Source: Octopus vulgaris
Taxonomy: Eukaryota
Assembly: GCA_951406725.2 (NCBI GenBank)
Contig: OX597831.1
Location: 5,518,001-5,582,000, forward strand
DNA: 64,000 bases
Reading direction: 5' to 3'
Positions within the stretch are counted from its first letter, which is position 1, and each line of letters opens with the position of its first letter. Under the pieces are notes generated by a model. That model did not search any database. It saw only the letters and a program-made list of their open reading frames with translations, and was not told the DNA's origin. Both the position numbers and the translations under genes were made by a program. Shown in pieces: positions 13,301 through 25,933 of the stretch.

Positions 13301-16300
13301 ACAAACCATTAAATTCGAAGAGGCCAGGGAACAGAAGAAAAAAGGAGAAAGAAGAAGTGCACTCAACACCAGAGCTGAAGACACCTCCAAAAGGAGGGAG
13401 CACCACCACATCGAAAATGGTAGAGGATTAGGGGCCGAAACCGGACATGGCTCCTTCTGATGATGTCGTTAGCCACTGGATCCTAGAAAGGAGCTGTTGA
13501 GGTAGCAAACCATGCAACATCATCATCGTTTAACGTCCGTTTCCATGCTAGCATGGGTTGGACAGTTCGACCGAGGTCTGGGAAGCCAGGAGGCTGTGCC
13601 AGGCCCAGTCTGATCTGGCAGTGTTTCTATGGCTGGATGCCCTTCCTAATGCCAACCACTCTGTGATTGTAGTGGGTGCTTTTTACGTGCCACCAGCATA
13701 GGAGCCAGAGGAGGCTGGCAACGGCCATGATTGATTGGTGCTTTTTACGTGTCACCGACAGGGACACCAGTTAGGTGGCGCTGGCATCAGCCATGTTCAG
13801 ACGGTGCTTTTAATGTGTCACCGGCATGGGTATCATAACTACAATTTCCATTTGATTTTGATGTTGGTGTTGATGTACTTGACTCAATAGGTCTCCTCAA
13901 GCACAACGGATCACTCTACGATCCAAGGTTTTCACAGCCATGAACTCACTTCATTTGTCGGGTCTTCACAGTCAATTCCACCAGTGACTCCCACAGTACA
14001 GAATGAATATTTTTTTACTAGTTGGCCCCATGCCATTAAAAATGACAGCTAATTATAGTATTTTATAAGGTACAGAACCAAGTTTTTAGTTTAATAATTC
14101 TTTTATTACCAAATTTATAATATACCTTTCAACTGTTGTCGTTTTATATTCTCAATACACTCAGGCAATAATTATTTTCTCTAATGAGTTTGCATATATT
14201 TGTGTGATTGTAATAATTATTTTTAACAAAACAGATAGAATATGGATGGCAAATCAAATTAATACACTTGTTGATGTTACACTTGTTAGTGCTTGTCTTT
14301 TGAGATGTGACATCGATCATCACTAATTACTGAGAGAACACTCGTTAATTTATGCTTTTTACATGCCAGCAGTACAGGAGCCAGTCAGGCAGCCCTAGCA
14401 TCAATCCTGACTGGATAGTGCTTTTTATGTGCCAAGGGCACAGTCATTAGCAACGAGACCCTACAACTAATAGCAGTAGTAGCAGTGGTGGTGGTAATAG
14501 TTGTAGTGTAGGTGGTGGTACTTACCGTTGTAGTGTGTGCCGTAGCGCCTCTTTTCTGTTTCCACAATATACGGAGGGACTCTGAAATAACAAGACAATA
14601 AGGAATAGTGACATTGCAAAGAAGGGGTCAGTTGGGAAATAGGTCTGGTTTAGTAGACAACCTGATCCCACACCCCAAGTACGTAACTGGTACATCTTGA
14701 CCACAGAGCTAAACATATCAAACCTTCATAACCATTCACAATTGAAAAGAATACCATAGCAACAGAAACTAAGGGTCGGGGAGGGGGAACAATTGAGTCT
14801 TAACCAAAGAATATACCTGCCCAATGTTTCAATTTTTGCATCATTTTGTGTAAAACAGTGTTTAACCCTTGTGAAACCAATCCACTTGAGACCATCCCCA
14901 ATGATACAACCTTCCTAATTCATTTCGTTTTTGGATATGGTTTGCAAGATTCTTTATATGAATTCGTGTGTTGAAGCATATTCTGTTGTGTCTGGGGAGA
15001 GTCATTTTCTTTTTGTGCCTAATAATGTAACACACTCACCGGTAAAATTTCCACCTATTTCTTATTTTTATTTTCCTAAAAGTTTCGTCGCATCTTGCAA
15101 CCTTTTCAATAGTCTTGACTCTGTCTGTTATTTACACTGCGTTCCCTTTTGTTTGTTTGTGCGCATGTGTGTGGGTCAGTGTGTGTGTGCCTATGCAAGC
15201 ATGTACGTTTGTGTGTATGTGTGCATGTGTATGTATGTATATATATATGTATGTATGTGTGTATGTTTGTATGTGTATGTATGTATGTATATGTATGTGT
15301 GTGCATCTGTATGTATGTATCCTGCATAATTTAAAGGAATCTAAATTAAATTTTACCATTAAAATTTCATGCTAATTAAGGTTCCAAAATCAGCTTGATA
15401 ATTCTTTCTTCTACAGGCACGTGATGAAGATAGAGGGCCTGGAGAATTTAGGGATGACCAGAAAGGTTGAAGGGAAAAAAGATGGAGAGGAAGGAGAAGG
15501 ATGATTCGGATGATGAGTTTGATGAACTGGCTGGAAGGAAGAGGCACTGAACATCAGCAAGTGGAACTGTTACCAAAAACAAAGAACAGGGAATTTCAGC
15601 AGGACATGATTGCTTATGTCCTACATTATGGACATAGGTAAAGTAAAGGTAGAGTTACCTTCTCGAGTCATACAGACTCATAAGGGCCGATTTCCTGGTT
15701 TCCATGTCGTGTATAGTCCCCACCTGGATGGGACGCCGATCCATCGCAGGATTACTAATTTTTTGCCAGCTGAGAAGTGTTTAGCTGAAGGACACAATGT
15801 GTCGTCTGATCCAGGAATCAAAACCACAATCCTATCATCATGAATGAGTCCAACACCCTCCCCACTAATCCATACATGACCACCATTATGGACATGGCAT
15901 CTGAAGAAAGAAAGACAGGCAGAAGGAGGAAGAGCTAGGCAACTGCATCAACCCCAGTATTTGACTGGTACTGATATTATCAACCCCACCCCAGAAGGAT
16001 GAAAGGCAAATTTGGGCTCTGTGGCATTTGAACCAAGAACATAAGGAGCCAAAAGATATGCCACTAAGCCTGTTTCCCAGCACAGTGACAATTCAGCCAT
16101 ATTGCTACCTTGAGAATCAGCTTCAAAATGACAAATTATTCGACTACATTCTCCAATATTTTTTAAATTAACTGAAATAAAGAGGGTGTATTTCAATAGC
16201 AATGTGAAGGCGCATGGCTCAGTGGTTAGAGCGTTGAGCTTATGATCGTGAGATTGTGAGTTCGAATCTCGGACTGGGCTGCATGTTGTATTCTTGAGCA

Positions 16301-17475
16301 AGACACTTTATTTCACGTTGCTCCAGTTCACTCAGCTGTAGAAATGAGTTGCAACATCACTGGTGCCAAGCTGTATCGGCCCCTTTGCCTTTCCCTTGGA
16401 TAACTCTGGTGGCACGAAGAGGGGAGGCTGGTATGCATGGGCAACTGCTGGTCTTCCATAAACAGCCTTGCCTGGACTTGTGCCTGGGAGGGTAACTTTC
16501 TAGGTGCAATCCCATGGCCAGTCATGACTGAAGGGGGACGCAATACGCAGATCAACCACGACCCCAGCATGCAACTGGTACTCAATTTATCAACCCTGAA
16601 ACGATGAAGGCAAAGTCAAACTCAGCAGAATCTGAACTCAAAACGTGCAGACGAAATGCTGCCAAGCATTTTGCCCAGTGTGCGGACGGTTCTGCCAGTT
16701 CACCACCTTAATGATAATAATAATAATAATGATAATAATGATAATCTTGTCTACTAAAAGTATAAAGACTGAAATTTGTGCGGGGGGGGGGACTAGTCAA
16801 TTACAGTGACCCCAGTGTTTTACTGGTACTTAATTTGTCTATTCCGAAAAGATGAAAAGCAAAGTGGAGTTGCCGGAATTTGATCTCAGAATGTAAATGC
16901 AGAAGAAATGGTGCTGACCATTCTATCTTATATGCTGCTCGAAATGAGGATTAGATAGACAGCCGACAACTGATGAAGGGTCATTCTTTGTGTTACTTGT
17001 CTTGTTTTCCTTATTTTTCTCTCGTTGTTTGCGTATTTAACTCATTTGTTTTCATATTTCATGTTGTGTATAGTTGGTGACATCCTGTACCCATATATGC
17101 GTGTATATACTTTTTACTCTCTTTGGAGCACCGCCTTTAGTTGAGAAAATTGACCCCAGAGCTTATTCTTTGTAAGCCTAGTACTTATTCTATCAGTCTC
17201 TTTTGCCGAACCACTAAGTTATGGGGATGTAAACACACCACCATCGGTTGTCAAGCAATGTCGGGGCGGGGGGACAAACAGACACACACACACATATACA
17301 TATATACTTATATATACGATGAGCTTCTTTCAGTTTCCGTCTATCAAATCCACTCACAAGGCTTTGGTCGGCCCGAGGCAAGCTGTAGAAGACACTTGCC
17401 CAAGGAGCAACACAGTGGGACTGAACCCAGGACCATGTGGTTGGTACGCAAGCTACTTACCACACACTCACTCCT

Positions 17476-17525
<50 letters not shown>

Positions 17526-19281
17526 CTCAGGAATGTTAAATTTCTAAATATCTCAGAGATATGTATGGTGGTGGGGCGATAGAATGGTTGTATACTGTCA
17601 ATTTAATGTGACAGTCGGGGATTACACCACCGCTGTTTAGCCCTAGGAAGCATCGACGCTTCCTGTTGGCTTCGACATATTTCCTGTGTCCTTATATATT
17701 TAAGAAGGGGAGACAAACACCCCCAACAGCTAGTCTTGCATCTAGAGACATGCATGTTTCAGGGTCTTTGCCCATCATCGGTCTAGAGTAGCAAAAGCCT
17801 GCCAACTGCAGATATCTGTCCCGACTTCGTAAATATATATATATCTAATTTTCAGTGAAATGTATGTATATATGTGTGTGTGTGTATGTATGTATGTATG
17901 TATGTATGGTGAGGGCGCATAGCTAAGTGGTTAGCGTGTTACCCTCATGATCATGAGACTATGGTTTCAATTCCTGGACTGGGTGGGGCATTGTGTTCTT
18001 GAGCAAAACACTTCATTTCATGTTGTTCTATGATCACTTTCAACGCCTGATGCGCCATACACAGTGCACCTGTTCAGACAACATCGATTTGATGGGAGAG
18101 AGAGTGAGCTAATGTGTGTGAACACTTGATCACTATAAACAACACTTGATCACTATAAACGGATCATTTGTGCAGGTCATTCAGCGAAGGTTGAACACTC
18201 TTACATCATCTTCGACAGGAGAGTCCATCATACATACATCATGTGATCAACTAGATTAATGGATGTTGTTATATATCGCTGGTCACAGTGCACTTTGCAT
18301 TGTTTAGGCTTTCGAATGATGCCACCCCACTGGCCAAGCAAGCATGCCAACATCCTCTCAGATCGGAAGGCTAGTCCATTATAGAGTTACCCATACAGAG
18401 AAGTGGGTACTGAGTGGACAAGAGCAAAGAACACAATGTGCTACCCAGTCACAGAATTGAAACCACAATCTGGCAATCATGAGCACAACATTATAACCAC
18501 TAGGCTACACACCTACACACACACACTCATGGAATTTGCACATTTTCTGACTTTCATTACAGGCCACTGAAACGAATAGAAACACACTGAATCCAAGAAG
18601 CTATATATTTACATAGAGGCAAGTCACAGATACAATCTACACACACACACACACACACAAACTGTGAGCCCCTGGGAGGGGGCTGAAATTCATGTGTGGG
18701 CTATCCTGGTCCCCTTGAATGCTATCACTACATGGATGATTTGAGAACATAGTTGGGCCCAGGGTCCTGATAATGCGCACATTGCAAAATATATACATAT
18801 TTGTTTTTTATATAAAAACACATCCTTTGCATCCTTTGTCTCCTGAGAAGCACCATTAGTGTTGGTGTTGTTATTAATATTATTAATGTGGTTCTCGTTG
18901 TTGTTGTTGCTATCGTGGTGGTGGTAGTGGTGGTCGTTTATCAACATCAAAACCAGAAAGTGGTGCAGTGACGGTCAACAAAACCGAAAGACAAGCTAAC
19001 ATACATATCAAACTTGACCGTTGACCGTTTGCTGTTCTGGGAGGAGAAGATGGTTGTTGTTGTTGTGGTGGTGGTGGAGGTGCTGGTGGAGGAGATAGTG
19101 TTGGTGGTGGGAGGGGCCGAGTATAAATGAAACGGAACAGTCATTGATGAAAATCACATAAACACATACATACACACACACGGGTGTATATACATGTATA
19201 TATACTCACACTCACATAATATATATGTGTGTATGTCTCTGTGTGTGCATTATATAATAAATATATCTATGCATGTGTGTG

Positions 19282-19325
<44 letters not shown>

Positions 19326-20115
19326 ATTATATATATATGGGTGCATTATATATATGTATGTATTGTATATATACATGTATTATATATATGCATGCATTGT
19401 ATATATATATATGTATATATATATATATGTTTGTATTATATATATGTATGTGTGTATTATATATATGTATGTGTGTATTATATATATGTGTGTGTGTGTA
19501 TTATATATATATATGTATGTATTATATATATATGTATGTATATTATATATATATGTATGTATATTATATATATATGTATGTATATTATATATATATGTAT
19601 GTATTATATATATATATGTATGTATGTATTATATATGTATTTATACTTATATACATACACACACACATAAATGAAAACTATCCTTTTGTCCACAACTTTA
19701 TTCCATAATAATAGAAACGGGTTGGTTTGACCAGAAAGAAAAAGATTGGGTGTATATAAATAACTCTGTATATATGAATCTCTGTGCGTGTGAGATTTAT
19801 AGGAAAAAAATGAAACGACATCAAAGCTATCAAGATACACACATATACTACACACGAACATAACTTTCATATACATACGCATCTTTGTACATATATATAT
19901 ATATATATATATACACATGCAAACATATATACCCACACACACGTACAATATATCCGGATGCATAAATATATTATATATATACATACATCTTGTTTCACAA
20001 CTGTTCATGTTTACTCAACCCTAATTAACGAATGCAAAGAAATACAAAAAATATCTACACCCACACACGTACACATATATATATACACATGTGCGTGAGT
20101 GTATGTATATACATG

Positions 20116-20147
<32 letters not shown>

Positions 20148-20170
20148 GCCATATATATATATATGCATAC

Positions 20171-20219
<49 letters not shown>

Positions 20220-20339
20220 TACATATGTGTATATATATATATATATATACATATATATGCATACATATGTGTATATATATATACATATATATGCATACAT
20301 ATGTGTATATATATATACATATATATGCATACATATGTG

Positions 20340-20377
<38 letters not shown>

Positions 20378-22457
20378 AACCTTCATGCACACGCATAGGC
20401 ACACCAGGTGTGTGTATATTTACACATATTTGTACATAGGACCACAATATACATATATCTATGAATATAACATCTACACACATGCACACACACACAATCA
20501 TTACACTTATTAATTGTTGTGTATGTCTATATGTATGTATGTATGTATGTATATATGTAGACACAGCGTGTGAGTGTGTGTGTGTGTGTGTGTATATTTA
20601 TATATATATATAATATATGTATACACGTGTGTGTGTGTGTCTCTATATGTGTTTATATATATAAATGGGTCTGTGCATGTACATATGTGAGTGTGTATTT
20701 ATATATATATAATATATGTATACACGTGTGTGTCTCTATGTGTGTTTATATATATAAATGGGTCTGTGCATGTACATATGTGAGTGTGTATTTATATATA
20801 TATAATATATGTATACACGTGTGTGTCTCTGTGTGTTTATATATATAAATGGGTCTGTGCATGTACATATGTGAGTGTGTATTTATATATATATAATATA
20901 TGTATACACGTGTGTGTCTCTATGTGTGTTTATATATATAAATGGGTCTGTGCATGTACATATGTGTGTGTGTGTGTGTCTGTGTGTTTGTGTTGTAAAA
21001 CAAAAAATACAAAAACACAATCGCACAGTAAGACCCAATAAAAACAGAGGAAAAAAAAAAGAAACGTCAGCTCTTTGAATCGAGTAACATAAAAAAAAAA
21101 TGTGTTGTGAATGTGTGTTTTTTTTCGTCATAAAAGAAGATCAGTTGTGGAGTCATTTATCTGATTCTAACAGAACACATCTTGTAGGAACAGAAAACCA
21201 CTAACCCCCCCCACCACCACCACCACCACTGTTACCACTACCTCCAATACCGCAAACAACCACAAACAGCCACCAATACCATAAGTGACCGCAATTATTA
21301 TTTTCAACACTGCAACCACTATTAACGCTGGTACAGCAACTCATGCTAACCCCACACCACACACTACAATAGCAACCGCATCAAAACTTTTACTAACCAC
21401 ACACCACAACCACCTCCACCACCACTACTACTACTATAACAACCAATGCTAAATTGGCGCAACAACATTGTCGTTATTAACTACTACAATCACAGTCACC
21501 ATATACTACCACATAAACTACAGTGTCATCACTACCACCACTGAGCAAAACACCATTGCCACCACCACCACCACCAACAACAACAACAGATACATCGCAC
21601 CTCGTATAATGAATACTCTCTTTTTTACTCTTTTACTTGTTTCAGTCATTTGACTGCGGCCATGCTGGAGCACCACCTTTAGTCGAACAAATCGACCCCA
21701 GGACTTATTCTTTGTGAGCCTAGTACTTATTCTATTGGTCTCTTTTGCTGAACTGCTAAGTGACGGGGACGTAAACACACCACCATCGGTTGTCAAGCGA
21801 TGTTGTGGGGACAAACACACAAAAACACAAACATATACACACACACATACATTTATAAATACATATATATACGACAGGCTTCTTTCAGTTTCCATCTACC
21901 AAATCCACTCACAAGGCTTTGGTTGGCCTGAGGCTATAGTAGAAGACACTTGCCCAAGGTGCCACACAGTGGGACTGAACCCGGAACCATGTGGTTGGTA
22001 AGCAAGCTACTTACCACACACCTACTCCTGCAGGACTTGCTAGAAATAGCAGTCAAATATTCCCCCGATCCTATTGCACAGTGTCAAAAGAGGGAAGAAC
22101 ACACTGAGTAATGTAGTCCTTGGTAGCCATAAGTTCGAGGTCTGTTCGGGGTTGTATATCTTCGTTAGTCAAGGTTGACCTGCAACTAAACCTTAACACT
22201 ACCCTCATTTAAAACTATTTAAGACACCGTCCCCTTCCTCCTCACCCTCCTCCTCTTCCTTTCTTTAAATTTCCAGGGCCTCCCTTGTCATTCAGTGTTC
22301 ATAAACTAGTTTTCAAAATTCCAATTCTGTTTTTCACACATTAAATTGTGAAGGTTGAACAATGATTCCGGGTTCAGTCCCACTGCGTGGCATCTTGACC
22401 AATGCCATGTGAGTGGATTTGGTAGACGGAAACTGAAAGAAGCCTGTCGTATATATG

Positions 22458-22488
<31 letters not shown>

Positions 22489-24403
22489 TTGTGTGTCTGT
22501 GTTTGTTCCCCTAGCATTGCTTGACAACAGATGCTGGTGTGTTTACGTCCCCGTCACTTAGCGGTTCGGCAAAAAGAGACCGATAGAATAAGTACTGGGC
22601 TTACAAAGAATAAGTCCCGGGGTCGAGTTGCTCGACTAAAGGCGGTGCTCCAGCATGGCCGCAGTCAAATGACTGAAACAAGGAAAAGAGTAAAAGAGAA
22701 TGTGAAATGTTAGAAGAAGAAGCCCAGTTGTTTCTGGCAATAAAATATCAATGCATACATCTGAAGCAAAAGTTTTTTCCAGGGGCCCCTAAAATACTAT
22801 TGTAGATCTCTGATTTACTATGTTGTTACGTGGACCCCCGAAAATCTTATATGGACCCTGGTTGAGAATCACTGCTCTAGAGGATATATTGAGCTACAGG
22901 TATGAGCAACCCTTTTTTTGAGAAGCAGGCCGCATGAAACATGTCCCATCATCAGGGAGGTTGCACTGCTAGAAGAGCTTCATGGCAGTTTTACATTCGG
23001 TGTATGTTCTGGAATAAGCTTTAAGCAAAATAAGCATGTGATTAGAGCATCAAGGGAAGTGGGGACACTACAGAAATGGTAAATGGTTTACGGTACAAAA
23101 GAAATGATTTTCGCTGAACCGCTAAGTTACGGTGACATAAACACACCAGCATCGGTTGTCAAGTGATGTTGGGGGGGATAAACACACATATATATAAATA
23201 TATATGACGGGCTTCTTTCAGTTTCCGTCTACCAAATCCACTCACAAGGCTTTGGTTGGCCCGAGGCTATAGTAGAAGACACTTGCCCAAGGTGCCACGC
23301 AGTGGGACTGAACCCGGAACCATGTGATTTGTAAGCAAGCTACTTACCACACAGCCACTCCTACGCCTATGTTAAGTGTATGGATGTCTGTGGAATGCTC
23401 AGCCACTTGCACGTTAATTTCACAAGAAGGCTGTTCCATTGATCAGATCAACAGGAACCCCTCACTGTCATAACCAAGGGAGTACCAGTAATAGCAAATA
23501 AAGGACCTGTGCTTCAGTCCCTTTATCATACTTTCACACCTTCCTGAATATTATACCCCATTCGGTTTAGAGGGCTTGCCTTGTGAGTATTCGATGACCT
23601 CACCAGTGCTGGTGCCACACAAAAATAAGCACCCTGTACACTCTATGAGTGGAGGCACACATGGCCTAGTGGTTAGAGCAGTGAACTCGCAGTCGAGGGA
23701 TCGCGGTTTCGAATCTCAGACCGGGCGTCGTGTGTGTTTATGAGCAAAACACCTAAGCTCCATGTGTCTCCGGCAGAAGGTAATGGCGAACTTTTTTCTG
23801 CTGACTCTTTCGCCACAACTTTCTATCACTCTTTCCTCCTGCATCTTGCAGCTCACCTGTGATGGACCAGCATCCTGTCCAGGTGGGGAACCTATACGCC
23901 ATGGAAACCGGGAAACCGGCCCTAATGAGCCAGGCATGGCTTGAGAAGGAATAAACAAACAAACAACAAAACAGTCTATGAAGGGGTTGGTGTCAAGAAG
24001 GGTATCCAGCTGTAGAAACCCTGCCAAAGCAGACACTGGTACTTGCACAGCCCTCTGGCTCATCCATTCAACTTACACCCCTCCCAAAATTTGCACCAAA
24101 ATTTGAAATTGATATTATGAATTTCTGTAAAGGCAGCGAGTGACAGAATCTTTAGCATGCTGGGCAAAATGCTTAGCGGCATTTCATTTGGCTTTACCTT
24201 CTGGGTTCAAATTCTGCCAAAGTCCATTTTGTCTTTCATCCTTTCAGGTTTGATGAAATGAGCACCAGTTTAGCACTGGAGTCAATGTAATCAACTTAAC
24301 CCCTGCCTCTTCTGAAATTGCTGGCCTTGTGCCATAATTTGAAATAAATATGATGGACTTCTGTCTCCTTCAAACAATGCATACACAAAATAAAAACAAT
24401 CTT

Positions 24404-24435
<32 letters not shown>

Positions 24436-25245
24436 TAGACAGACAGAGAGAAAGTGAGAAACAGAGAGAGAGAGAGAGAAAGTGAGAAACAGAGAGAGAA
24501 AGAGAAAGTCAGAAACAGGGAGAGAGAGAGAGGGAGTGAGAAAAAGAGAGAGAAAGAAACAGAGAAATGAGAGAGAGAGAGAGAGAAAGAGAGAGAAATG
24601 AGAGAGAGAGAGGATCTGACCCAGGATGGCAGGCAGGTAGAATGAAGTGTGTGATACTTACATTTTGCATTGCAATAATATTTGAAGCATCATGGAAAAG
24701 ATGAATGTTACAAAGGTCGAATGCACTGAAAAAGGCAATAAACACAGCATAATTATTATTATATAGTAACAGGAATGAGGGTTGGCAACAGGAAGAGCAT
24801 CAAACTAAAGAAAATCTGCCTCCTTGGAAGAGTGAACGTAAAAATGTTGATGATCATACAGACAGACACACAGGTACATTTTTATATATATTATTGAAAC
24901 ATACAGACATAGATATACACACACACAGACAGGCTGTGGAGTTGGAGTTTAGGAGTCGGAAACAATTAAGGGGGAGTCGGAGTCGGTAAAACTATACCGA
25001 CTCCGACTCACAATGTCTTTATATTCTTTGATATAAACCATTTATAACATAGAGGCCTACTCAAAGTACAAGCGTATGCATATGCTTTATGAGATATGTA
25101 GACCACAATCTCTTAATTACAGAAAGAGGAGTCAGAATTGGAGTCAGAGGTACCAATAAGTACAGGAGTCGAAGTCAGAGTCAAAGTTTTTGTTTTGACT
25201 CCACAGCCCTGCACACAGACATGATATATAAGTATGTCATAATAA

Positions 25246-25301
<56 letters not shown>

Positions 25302-25524
25302 GTATATGTGTGTGCGTGTGTATTGCCTATAAATATATGCACATATGACACTTTTGAAAAGACAGAAAGATGATAAAATAACATAGAAAGAATTATATTA
25401 GTTTCAGAGAAAATTGGGAATAACAATAATAATAATAAAAATAATAATAATAATAAAACTGAAACAGAAAAAACTATTAAAATGACAACTTTAATAAGAA
25501 ATTTACAAACTGACAAAACAATAT

Positions 25525-25567
<43 letters not shown>

Positions 25568-25891
25568 AAATACTTGTAGCAAAAACAATAGAAGGCTAAA
25601 TAATGTGTTTGTTTTAATAATGTTTATCTGCCCCATGTTAATAGTTTGTTAGCTTCAATGTGATAATGTCTATATTGTGTAGTTATGGAGTTGTGAAGTA
25701 GACCAGTGGGATAAAGCTGGATATAAATATTTTGCAGACACCGGAATATTGTAAAACATAAGGTTTCAATTTCAGCTGGTGAGATGTATGTGTGTGGGTG
25801 GGTGTCTGGTCTGGGTGTGTATGTGTTTGTGTGTGTATAAGGTGTATGTTGTATCTATAAATGCACACTTGCGTGTGTGTGTGTGTGTATG

Positions 25892-25933
<42 letters not shown>

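Noticed and set aside
16205-16280. tRNA-like sequences (also near 23651, 2285 and 28650-28720)
   Set aside because: The A/B boxes continue directly into SINE bodies or are decayed, and no complete cloverleaf could be drawn.
16970-17000. CTGATGAAGG as a hammerhead start
   Set aside because: No closing stem II or GAAA box follows.
18965-19035. ACGGTCAA...TTGACCGT inverted pair as a possible pre-miRNA
   Set aside because: Only about 8-10 bp of pairing around a large unpaired loop; does not fit pre-miRNA geometry.
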